DNA from: an uncultured Candidatus Rokubacteria bacterium
GTDB lineage: Bacteria; Methylomirabilota; Methylomirabilia; Rokubacteriales; DASRDR01
Length of the DNA: 64,000 nt
Direction of reading: 5' to 3'
Assembly (NCBI GenBank): GCA_963805625.1
Contig: CAWDVE010000014.1
Span: 148,299 to 212,298 of the forward strand
The notes beneath the pieces are model-generated. The model saw only the letters and a program-made list of their open reading frames with translations, ran no database searches and was not told the origin of the DNA. This document shows, piece by piece, positions 48,386 through 58,613 of this stretch (positions within the stretch are counted from its first letter, which is position 1; every line of letters starts with the position of its first letter). A program made the translations under genes and the position numbers.

Positions 48386-49726
48386 ATGGACTACGATCTC
48401 CTCGTCATCGGCGCCGGCACCGCGGGCACGTTCGCCGCGCGCAAGGCGGTTGCGCTCGGCGCCCGCACCGCACTCGTCGAGCACGATGGCTTCGCCGGCA
48501 CCTGCCTCGGCACCGGCTGAATCCCCAAGAAGGTGCTGGTCAGCACCGTCGAGCTCGCGTGGCGCGCCGGAAGGGCCGGCGAGCTCGGGATTCGCGGCAC
48601 GGAGGGGATCGGGCTCGACTGGAGCGCCGTGATCGCCCGGAAGAACCGCCTGGTGGCGAGCTGGTCGGAGGGGAAGCCCGAGGCGCTCGAGCAGCAGGGC
48701 ATCACCGTGCTCCGCGGGCGTGCCCGCTTCGCGGACCCGCACGAGATCGCGGTCGACGGACGCCGCGTGACGGCGGAGCGGATCATCCTCGCCACGGGCT
48801 CCGCCCCCGCGCGGCCACCGATCGAGGGCATCGAGCGTGCGCTGACCAGCGATCAGTTCCTCGAGCGAACGACGCTCCCTGGCCGGCTCGTCGTGATCGG
48901 CGGCGGGGCGATCGGCATGGAGCTCGGCTTCGCGTTTGGCCGGGCCGGATCCCGCGTCACCGTGCTCCAGTCGGGCGCTCACGTGCTCCCGGCGGCGGAT
49001 GGCGAGGTGCGGGGGGCGCTCCTCGCACTGGCGGCCGACGCGGGGCTCGAGGTCCGGACCGGCGCGCGCGTCTCGCGGGTTGCGCCCGACCTGACGGTCG
49101 AGGCCGAGGTCGGCGGCCGCGCTGAGTGGTTCGCCGCGGATGCGGTCCTCGTCGCCACCGGCCGACCGCCCAACACGGCGGACCTCGGGCTCGCGGCGGC
49201 TGGTGTCGCGCTCGAGCGCGGTGCGGTGCGCGTCAACGAATTCCGGCAGTCGACGACCGCGCCTCACGTCTACGCGGCAGGCGACGTGACGGGCAGTCAC
49301 CAGCACACGCCGGCCGCGTGGTACGAGGGCCAGCTCGCTGCGGAGAACGCGCTCCAGGGCAACCGGCGGGCCGCCGACTTCAGTGTCTTCCCGACGGCCA
49401 CGTTCACGATCCCGGCGCTCGCCCAGGTGGGCCTCACCGAGGAGGCCGCCCGGGAGCGCGGCGGACGCGTCGCGGTCGGGCGGGCACCCTTCACCGACTC
49501 GACCGCGGCGAGCGTCCGCGCGGAGACCGAGGGGCTCGTCAAGGCCGTGTTCGACGAGCCTACCGGACGCCTGCTCGGCATGCACGTTCTCGGCTCCGGC
49601 GCCGAGGATCTGATCCACGTCGCCGCCGTCGCGATGCGGGCGGGCCTCACGCGAGAGGACCTCGCCGGCATGCACTACGTGTTCCCGACGCTCGCCGGCT
49701 CGGTCTTCGACGCGACGTGGCCGTGA
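48386..49726 (+). CDS. Class I pyridine nucleotide-disulfide oxidoreductase with Sec (CxxxxU, Sec45; 446 aa)
   Basis: RBS GGGAG; MDYDLLVIGAGTAG FAD motif; AGTCLGTG-U-IPKK with TGA at 48518-48520 in frame with ORF 48533-49726; IGGGAIG, ATGRPPN, AAGD. Confidence 0.9.
48532..48547 (+). promoter_or_regulatory. SECIS element
   Basis: GGUGCU-GGUC-AGCACC exactly 11 nt after the UGA, same spacing and loop as the E. coli fdhF SECIS. Confidence 0.85.
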
Positions 49727-49766
49727 CGCACCGGACTGGTAGCGGGGCGATCCGGACCGCCCCCCG

Positions 49767-51707
49767 CTAGAGCAAGCCCATCCAGCGCCAGGCCGGCACG
49801 CTGGCGCAGAGCGCGAGCACGCTCGCCGCACCGTAGACCAGAGCGGCCGGACGGGCGAGCCGGTGGTCGAACAGGCGGCCGCCCGTCCCGTGGTAGAGAG
49901 CGAGATAGGTGGTGCTCTGGTACGGGACGACGAAGCCGTTGCAGGCAATCGTCGCGACCACCGCGACCACCAGTGGGGAAATCCCGGCCGCCCCGGCGAC
50001 GGGCGACGCGGCGATCGTGAGCAGGGGCGCGGCCGCCTGCCAGCGGAGGACGAGGCTCGCCAGGAACCCGAGCACCGCAAGCCCGGCGATGAAGGCAACG
50101 GGCGCTCCGGCGAGGCCGCCCGTCACGTCGCCGACGAGGCCCGCGAGCCAGCGGTCGACGCCCGTCGCGGCGAGCACGTCGGACAGGCTCGCGAGCATGC
50201 CGAAGAAGAGCGCGAAGCTCCAGTTCACCCCGCGGAGGGTGTCCGCCGTCACCAGGCCCCCGGCGCCGAGCAGTGCGAGCGCGAGCACGGCGACCCAGGC
50301 CGGATCGATCCGGTGGAGCGGCTGCGTCGCGAAGCCCAGCAGGAGCCCGGCTCCGATCGCCAGACAGACGCGCTCCGCCCGCGAGGGGCGCCCGAGGAGC
50401 GCTCGCTGCATCGCGAGCACGCCCGATCGTGGTCCCCTCGGCGCACGCTCACCCGGGCGCGGCCGGTACAGCCAGAGGAGCGCCGCGAGCATCCCAGCGA
50501 GGAGGAGCGCATTGGCCGGCGCCGCGCACACGGCCCACCCGACCCACCCGGCGCCCGCCCGCACCTCGGCGGGCAGCACGGCGTGGGCGAGCACGGCCGT
50601 GGTCGAGCTGGTCATGAACACGGCGCCCATTTGGCCGAAGCCCACCAGGGCGGCCAGGGCCAGCCCGGCCGCGGGCCGGGAGCCGGGCGCATAGCCGAGT
50701 GCCTCGATCAGCTCGGCGAGAGCCGGCGCGAGGAAGGCGACGCGGCCGGTCGCATTCGGGACGGCCGGGCCGAGCGCGACCCCCGTCAGCGCGAGCGCCG
50801 CGGCCTGACCGGCGAAACCGCCCCGGGACCGGCCGACGATCCCGAGCGCAAGCCGATAGAGCAGGCCCGTCGAGGCCAGCACCCCGCCGAAGGCCAGCAC
50901 CGCCACGACGAGGACCCAGCTCGGCGTGGCAAAGCCCGCGAGCCCCACCCGGGCCGGCGCGACACCGCCAAGCGTCCACAGGGCGATCGTCAGGAGAGCC
51001 AGGACCCCCTCCGGCAGCACCTCGAGGGCGAGGACGGGCACCATGGCACCGAGCGTCCCGAGGGCGTGCCAGCCGGCCGGCTCCAGCCCCGCGGGGGGCG
51101 GTGTCACCCACGTCACGGCAAGGATCGACACGGCCAGCGTGCCGCCCAGGGCACGCCTGAGAGGTGAAACGGAACGGGGCTCCGCGACCACTCCAGCGGC
51201 AGCACCCCGCTCACCGCGATCACCCCCCGCCTCCGGATCCCGGGCCTCGACGGTCCCCACCCCGCGAACGTTGGCGAGCCACACGCGCTCGCTGAGCGTC
51301 GCGGCGATCGCGAGCGCGACGGCGGGCTCCTTGGCCACCAACCCGAGGAACCGGCCCCGCTCGAGCCTGAGCGCCTCGGCCGCCCCGTCCGCCCGCACCG
51401 TGGTCGAGCGAGGCCGGTTCGAGAGGAGGGCGATATCTCCGAACGTCGCCCCCCGACCCCGCGTCGCAAGCCGCCGGTCGACGCCGGTATCCGGCCACCC
51501 GACGTAGTCGCTGAACGCCCCGTGAAGCACCACGTAGAAGGCGTCCCCGGGATCGCCCTCGCGGAACACGATCTCGCCCGGCCCGAACCGGACTCGCTCG
51601 AAGTGCGCGGCCAGCTTGGCGAGGGCCACCCGGTCGAGCCCCGCGAACAGCGGCACTCCCGACAGGACGTGGGCGGGCTCGTCGTCGGGGATCGCCTGGC
51701 TCGGCAC
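49767..51707 (-). CDS. DASS/SLC13 anion transporter with N-terminal cyclic-nucleotide-binding domain
   Basis: FREGDPGDAFY..TFGDIALL..RPRSTTV, then PPAGL, VPNATGR and about 12 TM segments. Confidence 0.85.
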   Translation of the reverse strand: MPSQAIPDDEPAHVLSGVPLFAGLDRVALAKLAAHFERVRFGPGEIVFREGDPGDAFYVVLHGAFSDYVGWPDTGVDRRLATRGRGATFGDIALLSNRPRSTTVRADGAAEALRLERGRFLGLVAKEPAVALAIAATLSERVWLANVRGVGTVEARDPEAGGDRGERGAAAGVVAEPRSVSPLRRALGGTLAVSILAVTWVTPPPAGLEPAGWHALGTLGAMVPVLALEVLPEGVLALLTIALWTLGGVAPARVGLAGFATPSWVLVVAVLAFGGVLASTGLLYRLALGIVGRSRGGFAGQAAALALTGVALGPAVPNATGRVAFLAPALAELIEALGYAPGSRPAAGLALAALVGFGQMGAVFMTSSTTAVLAHAVLPAEVRAGAGWVGWAVCAAPANALLLAGMLAALLWLYRPRPGERAPRGPRSGVLAMQRALLGRPSRAERVCLAIGAGLLLGFATQPLHRIDPAWVAVLALALLGAGGLVTADTLRGVNWSFALFFGMLASLSDVLAATGVDRWLAGLVGDVTGGLAGAPVAFIAGLAVLGFLASLVLRWQAAAPLLTIAASPVAGAAGISPLVVAVVATIACNGFVVPYQSTTYLALYHGTGGRLFDHRLARPAALVYGAASVLALCASVPAWRWMGLL

Positions 51708-51759
51708 AGCCCCATCCTACGATGGGCACGCCAACGCCCCCCATAGAGGCCGCTGCGCC

Positions 51760-51788
51760 TTGACAGCTTCCCCGGCCCGGCCTAGGCT
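51760..51788 (+). promoter_or_regulatory. Sigma70-like promoter
   Basis: TTGACA-N17-TAGGCT. Confidence 0.6.
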
Positions 51789-51946
51789 CCCCCCAAGACT
51801 CAGACGCCCGGAGCCCCGGGGGCGACCATGCGGTTCGACGCGACCCCAAGCCTTCCCCTTGCCGTCTGCCGCGGCGGCGCGCACTCTCCGGCGCGCCTGA
51901 TGCCGTCGTGCGCTGCGGGGCGCTCCTCGCGGCCCGAGAGACGACT

Positions 51947-52768
51947 GTGAGCATCATCACGATCTCGTCGGCCCTCGGGAGCTCCGGTGAAGCGATCGGC
52001 CGTGCCCTCGCCGAGGAGCTGACCTACACGTTCGCCGGTCGCGAGATCATCCTGAAAGCCGCGGAGCGCCTCGGTCAGGGCGTCGCCGAGCTCGAGCGGC
52101 TCCTCGAGGGCCGGCCCAGCCTCCGCGAACGCCTCACGGAGACACGCCGCGACTACCTGGCGGCCGTCGAAGCGGTGGTCTGGGAGTTCGCGGCGCGAGA
52201 CAACGTGGTCCTCATCGGGCGCGGCTCGACGTTCGTGCTCCAGCGCATCCGCCACGCCTTCCGCGTGCGAGTGACCGCGCCGCTGGACGTGCGCGCCCGC
52301 CGGCTGGAGGCCGAGCGCGGACTCGTGCCCGACGCCGAGGAGGTGGTTGCGCGCAGCGACCGTGACTGGGCGGCCCGGATCCGCCACCTCTACGACGTGG
52401 CCCTGGACGATCCCCTGCAGTACGATCTCGTGCTCAACACGGCGCGCATCGACGTCCCCACGGCGGTGGCGACGATCCGCGCGTCGCTGGCCGTCGCGCG
52501 CTTCCACTCCACGTCGGCCTCGCTCGCCGAGGTGCGCGACCGCTGCATGACCGCACGCGTGCACGCGGCGCTGCTGACCAACTCCCGGACGCGGGAACTC
52601 GGTCTGTTCTTCAGCTGCCGAGACGACCAGGTCTCCCTCAGCGGGCGGGTGGCGCGAGACGACCAGCGCCGCATGGCCGAGGAGGTCGTGGGGCGCCTGC
52701 CGGGCGTCAGCCGGGTGCTGAGCGAGATCGTCGTCATCCTGCCGCCGCCGACCCCGCCCGGGCCCTGA
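51947..52768 (+). CDS. Cytidylate-kinase-like protein with C-terminal BON domain
   Basis: [28 protein letters not shown]; C-terminal [18 protein letters not shown]. Confidence 0.8.
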   Translation: MSIITISSALGSSGEAIGRALAEELTYTFAGREIILKAAERLGQGVAELERLLEGRPSLRERLTETRRDYLAAVEAVVWEFAARDNVVLIGRGSTFVLQRIRHAFRVRVTAPLDVRARRLEAERGLVPDAEEVVARSDRDWAARIRHLYDVALDDPLQYDLVLNTARIDVPTAVATIRASLAVARFHSTSASLAEVRDRCMTARVHAALLTNSRTRELGLFFSCRDDQVSLSGRVARDDQRRMAEEVVGRLPGVSRVLSEIVVILPPPTPPGP

Positions 52769-52879
52769 CCGCAGGTGGGAGCGGGGCTCCGGCCCGCATC
52801 CCCGGCCCGCGTCGCGCGTCAGGCGCCGGGCGGCGCGCCGGCCGTCTCCCAGATGAGCACCTGCCTCGGCCCCGCGGTG

Positions 52880-53193
52880 TGATCGGCCGCTCATCCGCTG
52901 GGCGAGACCCGGATAGATGATCCCCTTGTGCCCTTCCGAGTCCTTGTGCTCGAGCTCTCCGTCCAGGACCCAGGTGACGATCTCCATGTCCTGGGGGGGG
53001 GGGGCGGAAGCCGGTGCCGGCCCGCACAGTGTCGTCGTTCGACACGAGCAGGAGCCCGTGATGGGTGTTCCGGGTCGTAGTGACTGGAGAAGCTGAAGCG
53101 GTGATGGGAGTCGCGCCAGCCGATCCGCGTGCGGACCCGCTCGTCGGCCCGGCGGATACCGACGGCCGACACTGGGGTCGAGGGGGTCGCCAT
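52880..53193 (-). pseudogene. Truncated, frameshifted pirin (YhhW-like)
   Basis: [46 protein letters not shown], then truncated. Confidence 0.8.
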
Positions 53194-53357
53194 CGGAGGT
53201 CTCCTCCCGGGATCCAGGCCGCTCAGACCAAGCCGCGCAGGTGGCACGACTGGCACCACGTGTTGCGCGCGCGGGACCCGGTCGACGCGAAGGCGCGTCT
53301 ACCCTACGATGGCGTGCGCTGCGCGGCCCCCGGTGACGGGCCGCGCGCGCGAGGAGG

Positions 53358-54236
53358 GTGCTGGTGCTCTGGTTCGTGCTCTCGGTGGGAAGCGCCTTGT
53401 TCCAGGTCCTCCGGAACATGGTGATGAAGCGGCTCGGCCACTCCCTCGACGAGACGATCAACGTCTGGGGCCGATTCACGTTCATCCTGCCCTTCGCGGC
53501 CGCGCCGCTGCTCGTCCAGGGCGTCCCACCCCGCCAGCCGGGGGTGTACTGGTACTGCTTCCTCTTCGCCGTGACGCAGATCACGGGGACCCAATGCCTG
53601 GCGCTCGCGCTGAAGGTCGCCGAGATCTCGCTCGTCACGGCGCTCTGGAAGCTCTCGGTCGTCCTGCTGGTGGTGTGGGGATACCTTGCGCTCGGCGAGG
53701 AGCCGTCGCTTCTCGGGATCGTCGGGGTGCTCGTGTGCGTCGCCGGCGTGTACCTGATCAACGTGAGCCGGGCGCGCGTGTCGTTCTGGGCGCCCCTCGT
53801 CTCGCTGATCCGCGACCCCGGCCAGCGTTACACTCTCGGCGCGGCCCTCTTCTACGCCCCGTCGGTCGTCCTGATCAAGAAGATCGCGCTCCTCTCGAGC
53901 CCGGCGTACGCGGTCTTCATGGGCTATCTCTTCTGTTCGGTGCTGATCACGCCCTGGGTGCTCTACCGCTCCGCCCGCTACTTCCGCCAGCTCGGCCGGC
54001 ACTGGCTCGGCTTCGTCGGGCTGGGCGCCTTCGCCGCCCTGTCGACCCAGCTCGGCACGACGGCCTACACGATGACCGTGAGCTCGTACGTCGAGGCGGT
54101 CAAGCAGATCGAGATCCTGCTGGCGCTGGTCATCGGCTGGCTCATGTTCGGCGAGAGCGCGCGGATCCGCCAGATCTGGCTCGGCTGCGCCGTCATGCTG
54201 GCGGGGATCGTGATCCTCATCCTCGGGAAAGGGTGA
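53358..54236 (+). CDS. DMT/EamA family transporter
   Basis: Ten TM segments with two EamA repeats ([15 protein letters not shown]). Confidence 0.88.
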   Translation: MLVLWFVLSVGSALFQVLRNMVMKRLGHSLDETINVWGRFTFILPFAAAPLLVQGVPPRQPGVYWYCFLFAVTQITGTQCLALALKVAEISLVTALWKLSVVLLVVWGYLALGEEPSLLGIVGVLVCVAGVYLINVSRARVSFWAPLVSLIRDPGQRYTLGAALFYAPSVVLIKKIALLSSPAYAVFMGYLFCSVLITPWVLYRSARYFRQLGRHWLGFVGLGAFAALSTQLGTTAYTMTVSSYVEAVKQIEILLALVIGWLMFGESARIRQIWLGCAVMLAGIVILILGKG

Positions 54237-54424
54237 CCGGTACCTCACAGCGCCGCGCGCGGTCGTCGCCCGCTTGTTGCTCCCTGAGGGGCCCACTGCC
54301 GCTTGCCTCGCTCAGCGAGATCGCGCTATCGTCCGGTCGCTGCCTGTCGCTGCGACGAGGACGTTACCCGCTGTAGAGTCCGAAAAAGGAAAGAGCGCCC
54401 CGCAGGGCGCGTGGGAGGATTGCG

Positions 54425-54748
54425 ATGCCCAAGTACCTGTTCGAAGCGTCCTACACCCTGGAAGGTGCCCGGGGCGTCATCAAGGACGGCGGCTCCAAGC
54501 GTCGGACCGCAGTCGAGGCAGTGACGAAGAGCCTCGGCGGGCGGGTCGAGGCATTCTACTTCGCGTACGGTGAGACCGACGCCTTCGTGATCGTCGATCT
54601 GCCCGACTCGGTCAGCGCGACGGCCGTCGCGCTGACCGTGGGAGCCAGCGGCGCCGTCCGGCTCAAGACGACGGTCCTCATCACCCCGGAGGAGGTGGAC
54701 CAGGCGGTCAAGAAGACCGTCGCCTACCGCGCTCCGGGCTCGAAGTAG
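54425..54748 (+). CDS. GYD domain protein
   Basis: KYLFEASYT, FYFAYGETD, KTTVLITPEE. Confidence 0.88.
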   Translation: MPKYLFEASYTLEGARGVIKDGGSKRRTAVEAVTKSLGGRVEAFYFAYGETDAFVIVDLPDSVSATAVALTVGASGAVRLKTTVLITPEEVDQAVKKTVAYRAPGSK

Positions 54749-54803
54749 CGACTCGGGAACCCGCGCGCCTACCCGGCGTGCTGACGCGGGGGCCAAGCCC
54801 GGC

Positions 54804-55913
54804 TCAAGCCCCGGGCTTGTGCGGCGGGAGCGGCACGCCGAATCGCGCCGCCACCTTCCCGAGCTCGGCCCACGTCGCGGGAGGCAGCGGGATGCCCTCG
54901 CGGCTCCGCCGCGCCCGCGCCCGCGCCTCGGGCTCGCCGGGCACCAGCACCTCGGCGACCCCCTCGGCGGGCGTCTGGCGCTTGGCGGCGTCGAGCGCCT
55001 CGTCGACGAGCTCGACGTAGCGGACCGGATCGCCAAACGCCGCCGGGTCCACGACCTGGAGGAACACGCCGGCGATGCGGCCGCGGACGTCAGTGGTCTC
55101 GGGCGGCGCCGCGCCGACGAGGGTGGGTTCCGGGTCGCCGATCATCCCGAGCGCGCCGAGCAGCGCAGAGGCGAGCCCGAGCCCGTAGCCCTTGTGCCCG
55201 GCGACGGCGCCGCCGAGCGGCAGGAGCGCCCCGCCCGCGTAGAACGCCTCGGCGTCACGGGTCGGGTGCCCGTCCGGGTCCACGATGGCGTCGGGCGGGA
55301 GCGGCTTGCCCGCCGCCCGCGCCACACGGACCTTGCCCTCGGCCAGCGTGGACGTCGCGGCGTCGAAGATGAAGTGGCGCCGGCGCCCCGGCACCGAGAG
55401 CGCCCAGGGGTTGGTCCCGAGAAAGCGCGTCCGGCCTCCGAAGGGCACGACGCCGCCGATGCCGGCACCCACCGCTCCCACCGTCACGATGCCGATCAGG
55501 CCCTCGGCGGCCGCGCGCTCCGCGTACTCGCCGAGCCGGCCGATGTGGGTCGAGTGCCGGACCGCCACCATCGCCACCCCGTGCTGGCGCGCCCGCTCGA
55601 TTGCCCACTCGAGGGCGAACATCGTCGAGTGCTGGCCGAACCCGCGCCGGGCATCGACGAGACCGGCCACCGTGCCGCCCCGCGTGAGCACGGGACGGGC
55701 GGAGGGAACGAGCAGGCCCAGGTCGGTGTCGCCGACGTACTGCGGGACCCGGATGACGCCGTGGGAGTCGTGACCGGCGAGATTGGAGCCCACCAGATGG
55801 CGCGCCAGCTCGGCCGCCACGTCAAGATCCGCCCCCATGCGCCGGGCGACGGCGGCGACGAACTCGCGGAGAGGATCGGGCGGGCAGAGCACGGGGAGCT
55901 TCGCATCGGGCAT
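54804..55913 (-). CDS. Ldh_2 family NAD(P)-dependent oxidoreductase (YbiC/HcxB-like)
   Basis: GHDSHGV, HIGRLG, GTNP, GHKGYGL, LVPGEPE. Confidence 0.92.
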   Translation of the reverse strand: MPDAKLPVLCPPDPLREFVAAVARRMGADLDVAAELARHLVGSNLAGHDSHGVIRVPQYVGDTDLGLLVPSARPVLTRGGTVAGLVDARRGFGQHSTMFALEWAIERARQHGVAMVAVRHSTHIGRLGEYAERAAAEGLIGIVTVGAVGAGIGGVVPFGGRTRFLGTNPWALSVPGRRRHFIFDAATSTLAEGKVRVARAAGKPLPPDAIVDPDGHPTRDAEAFYAGGALLPLGGAVAGHKGYGLGLASALLGALGMIGDPEPTLVGAAPPETTDVRGRIAGVFLQVVDPAAFGDPVRYVELVDEALDAAKRQTPAEGVAEVLVPGEPEARARARRSREGIPLPPATWAELGKVAARFGVPLPPHKPGA

Positions 55914-56075
55914 GGGACGGGCCTCCGTTCACGAGAATGACGGCGCCGTCGATCATCGCACAACACCCGGACCCCCTGGACAGCCGTCGCGTCCCGCCCT
56001 ACCCTGAGGTCCGTCGGGCGGATCGCCGGAAGGCGACTCCGCCCGCGCGTCGTCGATCACCACCAGGAGGCCCCG

Positions 56076-57500
56076 ATGAACGCGACCGACCTGTCCTACA
56101 CGCCCGCCCTCGAGCTCGGCCGGCTCTACCGCGCGAAGACCCTCTCGCCGGTGGAGGTCACGGAGGCGGCGCTCGCCCGGATCGAGCGACTGAACCCGAA
56201 GCTGAACGCCTACCTCACGGTCACAGCCGATCACGCGCGCGAGCTGGCGCGGGCCGCCGAGGCGCGCCTCGTGCGCGGCCAGCCTCGCGGCCCCATCGAC
56301 GGCATCCCGTACTCCATCAAGGATCTCGAGCCGACGGCGGGCATCAGGACGACGTACGGATCGAAGTTCTTCGAGCACAACGTCCCGGCCGAGGACGGCG
56401 CGGTCGCCTCGAGGCTCCGCGGCTCCGGGGGCGTCCTGCTCGGCAAGACGAACACGCCCCATTTTGGCTACAAGGACATGTGCGACAACCTGATCGGCCC
56501 GCCGTGCAAGAACCCCTGGAACCTCGCCCGCACGTCGGGCGCCTCCTCGGGTGGCGCGGGAGCCGCGGTCGCGGCCGGGCTCGGCCCCCTGGCCCACGGC
56601 TCCGACGGCTCCGGGTCCATCCGCATCCCGTCGGCGCTCTGCGGGATCTTCGGCCTCAAGCCCTCGCTCGCCCGCGTGCCCTACTGGCCGAGCGCGGATC
56701 TGTGGGGCGCCCGCTCGCACAACGGCCCGATGACGCGAACCGTCCGGGACGCGGCGATCCTGCTGCAGGCCCTGGCGGGCCCCGACGCGCGCGACCCGCT
56801 CTCGATCGACGCGCCGCCGGAAGACTATCTCGCCGCCTGCGAGGGCGACGTGCGCGGCTGGCGCGTGGGCTGGAGCGTCGACCTCGGATTCGCCTCGGTG
56901 AACCCGGAGGTCGCGGAGCTGACGGCGCGCGCGGCCCGGCGGTTCGAGGAGCTGGGCGCCCACGTGGAGGAGGCGAAGATCGACTGGGGGCACCCCTACG
57001 AGTTCCACAAGATCATCTACTCCGCGAGCGTGGCCGCGCGGAACTACGATCGTGCCCGAGAGCGCCCCGACTGGATCGAGCCCACGCTCATGCGCATGAT
57101 TCTCGACGCCGGCCAGTGGACGTCGATCGACTACCTGAAGGCGCATCTGGCGCGGACCGAGTTCTGCGAGAAGGTGCGCAAGACGCTCGACCGCTATCAG
57201 CTTCTCCTGACGCCGCAGATGCCGGTCGCCGCCTGGCCCGCCGACCCCGGCCCCTTCGAAGGTCTGCCCGACCTGGGCGGCAAGCCCGCTCACTCCATCT
57301 TCGACCGTGTGCCGTTCATGTATCCCTTCAACCTGACGGGCTATCCCGCCGCCAACGTGCCGTGCGGGTTCACGCGGGAGAAGCTGCCCGTCGGGCTCCA
57401 GATCGTCGGACGCTGGCATCGCGAGGCGGATGTGCTCAGGGCTGCCGCCTGCTTCGAGACGCTCCAGCCCTGGGCATCGCACCGCCCCCCGCTCGACTGA
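56076..57500 (+). CDS. Amidase signature family protein
   Basis: IKD, GKTNTP, GASSGG, GSDGSGSIRIP, NLTGYPA. Confidence 0.95.
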   Translation: MNATDLSYTPALELGRLYRAKTLSPVEVTEAALARIERLNPKLNAYLTVTADHARELARAAEARLVRGQPRGPIDGIPYSIKDLEPTAGIRTTYGSKFFEHNVPAEDGAVASRLRGSGGVLLGKTNTPHFGYKDMCDNLIGPPCKNPWNLARTSGASSGGAGAAVAAGLGPLAHGSDGSGSIRIPSALCGIFGLKPSLARVPYWPSADLWGARSHNGPMTRTVRDAAILLQALAGPDARDPLSIDAPPEDYLAACEGDVRGWRVGWSVDLGFASVNPEVAELTARAARRFEELGAHVEEAKIDWGHPYEFHKIIYSASVAARNYDRARERPDWIEPTLMRMILDAGQWTSIDYLKAHLARTEFCEKVRKTLDRYQLLLTPQMPVAAWPADPGPFEGLPDLGGKPAHSIFDRVPFMYPFNLTGYPAANVPCGFTREKLPVGLQIVGRWHREADVLRAAACFETLQPWASHRPPLD

Positions 57501-57610
57501 GGACGCCGGCCGGCACGTTGACCGAGTGCGCGGGGTCTCGCATAGCGCCATAGGGGCCGCGACGAGGATCCGGCGCCCTGGCCGGGTCACGCGGCCGAGG
57601 GGAGGTCGCG

Positions 57611-57918
57611 ATGCCGCTCTCCGCTTCGGATGCCGTCTCGGCTCGACTCGATCGGCTCGAGCGTGAGGGCCGCCGATGGAGACGGTGGCCCTCGGCTCGT
57701 GGCTCGCGATCGCGGCGCTCCTGCTCCTCGGCCAGAGCCCGCCGCGGGCACCGCGGCCCGCGAGCCCTGCCCGCACGGTCGAGGCCGAGCGCTTCGTCCT
57801 GCGGGACGCGCGCGGCCGCGCCGGCGCAATGCTCGGCCGGGGGGCCGACGACACCCCCCATCTCACGCTCCACGACCTGGGCGGCCAGCCGCGCGCGGTG
57901 CTGCGAGACAGGATACTA
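57611..57918 (+). pseudogene. Frameshifted, truncated hypothetical membrane-anchored protein
   Basis: RLDRLERE..RW, then a TM and VEAERFVLRDARG in a shifted frame; runs into the convergent gene. Confidence 0.5.
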
Positions 57919-58305
57919 GCCCTTGACGTAGGAGAGCTTCTCGGCGACCTTCCCGTCCCGCACGCGGAGGAGATCGACGCCCCGCACGTGGCCCGCCGAC
58001 CCGTCCGCGTTCCGCCAGCGATAGCACCACTTCACCACGCATCGGGCTCCGGCGGCGAACATCTCCTCGGTCTCGAACGCGGCGGACGGCGTTTCCCGGA
58101 AGAATCGCTCCCAGAAGCGCCGGACCGCGGCCTGACCCACGTGCCGCTCCCCGTCGGGGGGCGGCAACGTGTTCTCGAAGATGCAGTCCTCGGTCATGGC
58201 GCGCATGACGCCGTCCACGTCGTGGCGCGCGAACGCGTCGAGGAAGCGCCGGGCCACGGCCAGCGTGTCGGCGGTTTCGGGGTCCGGGACCGCGCGGTCG
58301 TCCAT
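57916..58305 (-). CDS. SnoaL/NTF2-like protein
   Basis: RFLDAFARHDVD, GQAAVRRFW, RGVD..VRDGKVAEKLSY. Confidence 0.9.
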   Translation of the reverse strand: MDDRAVPDPETADTLAVARRFLDAFARHDVDGVMRAMTEDCIFENTLPPPDGERHVGQAAVRRFWERFFRETPSAAFETEEMFAAGARCVVKWCYRWRNADGSAGHVRGVDLLRVRDGKVAEKLSYVKG

Positions 58306-58374
58306 GTCGCTCCCCAGGCAGCAGTCGGCCGGCGTGAGCCGCCGGCCCCGGGACCGGCGCCGCGGGACGAACAA

Positions 58375-58451
58375 TGGTGAGGCGTGGTGGATTCGAACCA
58401 CCGACTCCCCGCTTAAAAGGCGGGAGCTCTGCCTGGCTGAGCTAACGCCTC
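58375..58451 (-). tRNA. tRNA-Lys (anticodon TTT)
   Basis: Acceptor stem GAGGCGT/ACGCCTC plus ACCA, D-arm AGCTCAGCCAGGCAGAGC, anticodon arm CCCGC-CTTTTAA-GCGGG, T-arm GGTTCGAATCC. Confidence 0.97.
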
Positions 58452-58460
58452 GCGCGAAGC

Positions 58461-58489
58461 ATTCTGCGAGGTTACGGGGCGCGAGTCAA
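58461..58489 (-). promoter_or_regulatory. Sigma70-like promoter of tRNA-Lys
   Basis: Minus strand TTGACT-N17-CAGAAT ending 10 nt before the tRNA. Confidence 0.65.
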
Positions 58490-58613
58490 TCGGGGTGGGG
58501 ATGCACGATCGCCGCATGCGATCGTCTGGGTAGATCGGGACGCGACGCGCACTTCGCTCCAATCCGCAGGCGTGCCAACGCAGACGGCCTCGACATGCCC
58601 CGAGACGGGCCGA

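Noticed and set aside
48386-49726. Calling the flavoprotein mercuric reductase (merA)
   Set aside because: No C-terminal CC pair, no NmerA domain and no mer genes nearby
52993-53004. G12 homopolymer as a phase-variation tract
   Set aside because: It replaces the C-rich P-H-P-H codons of an already truncated pirin fragment; more likely a base-calling collapse or decay
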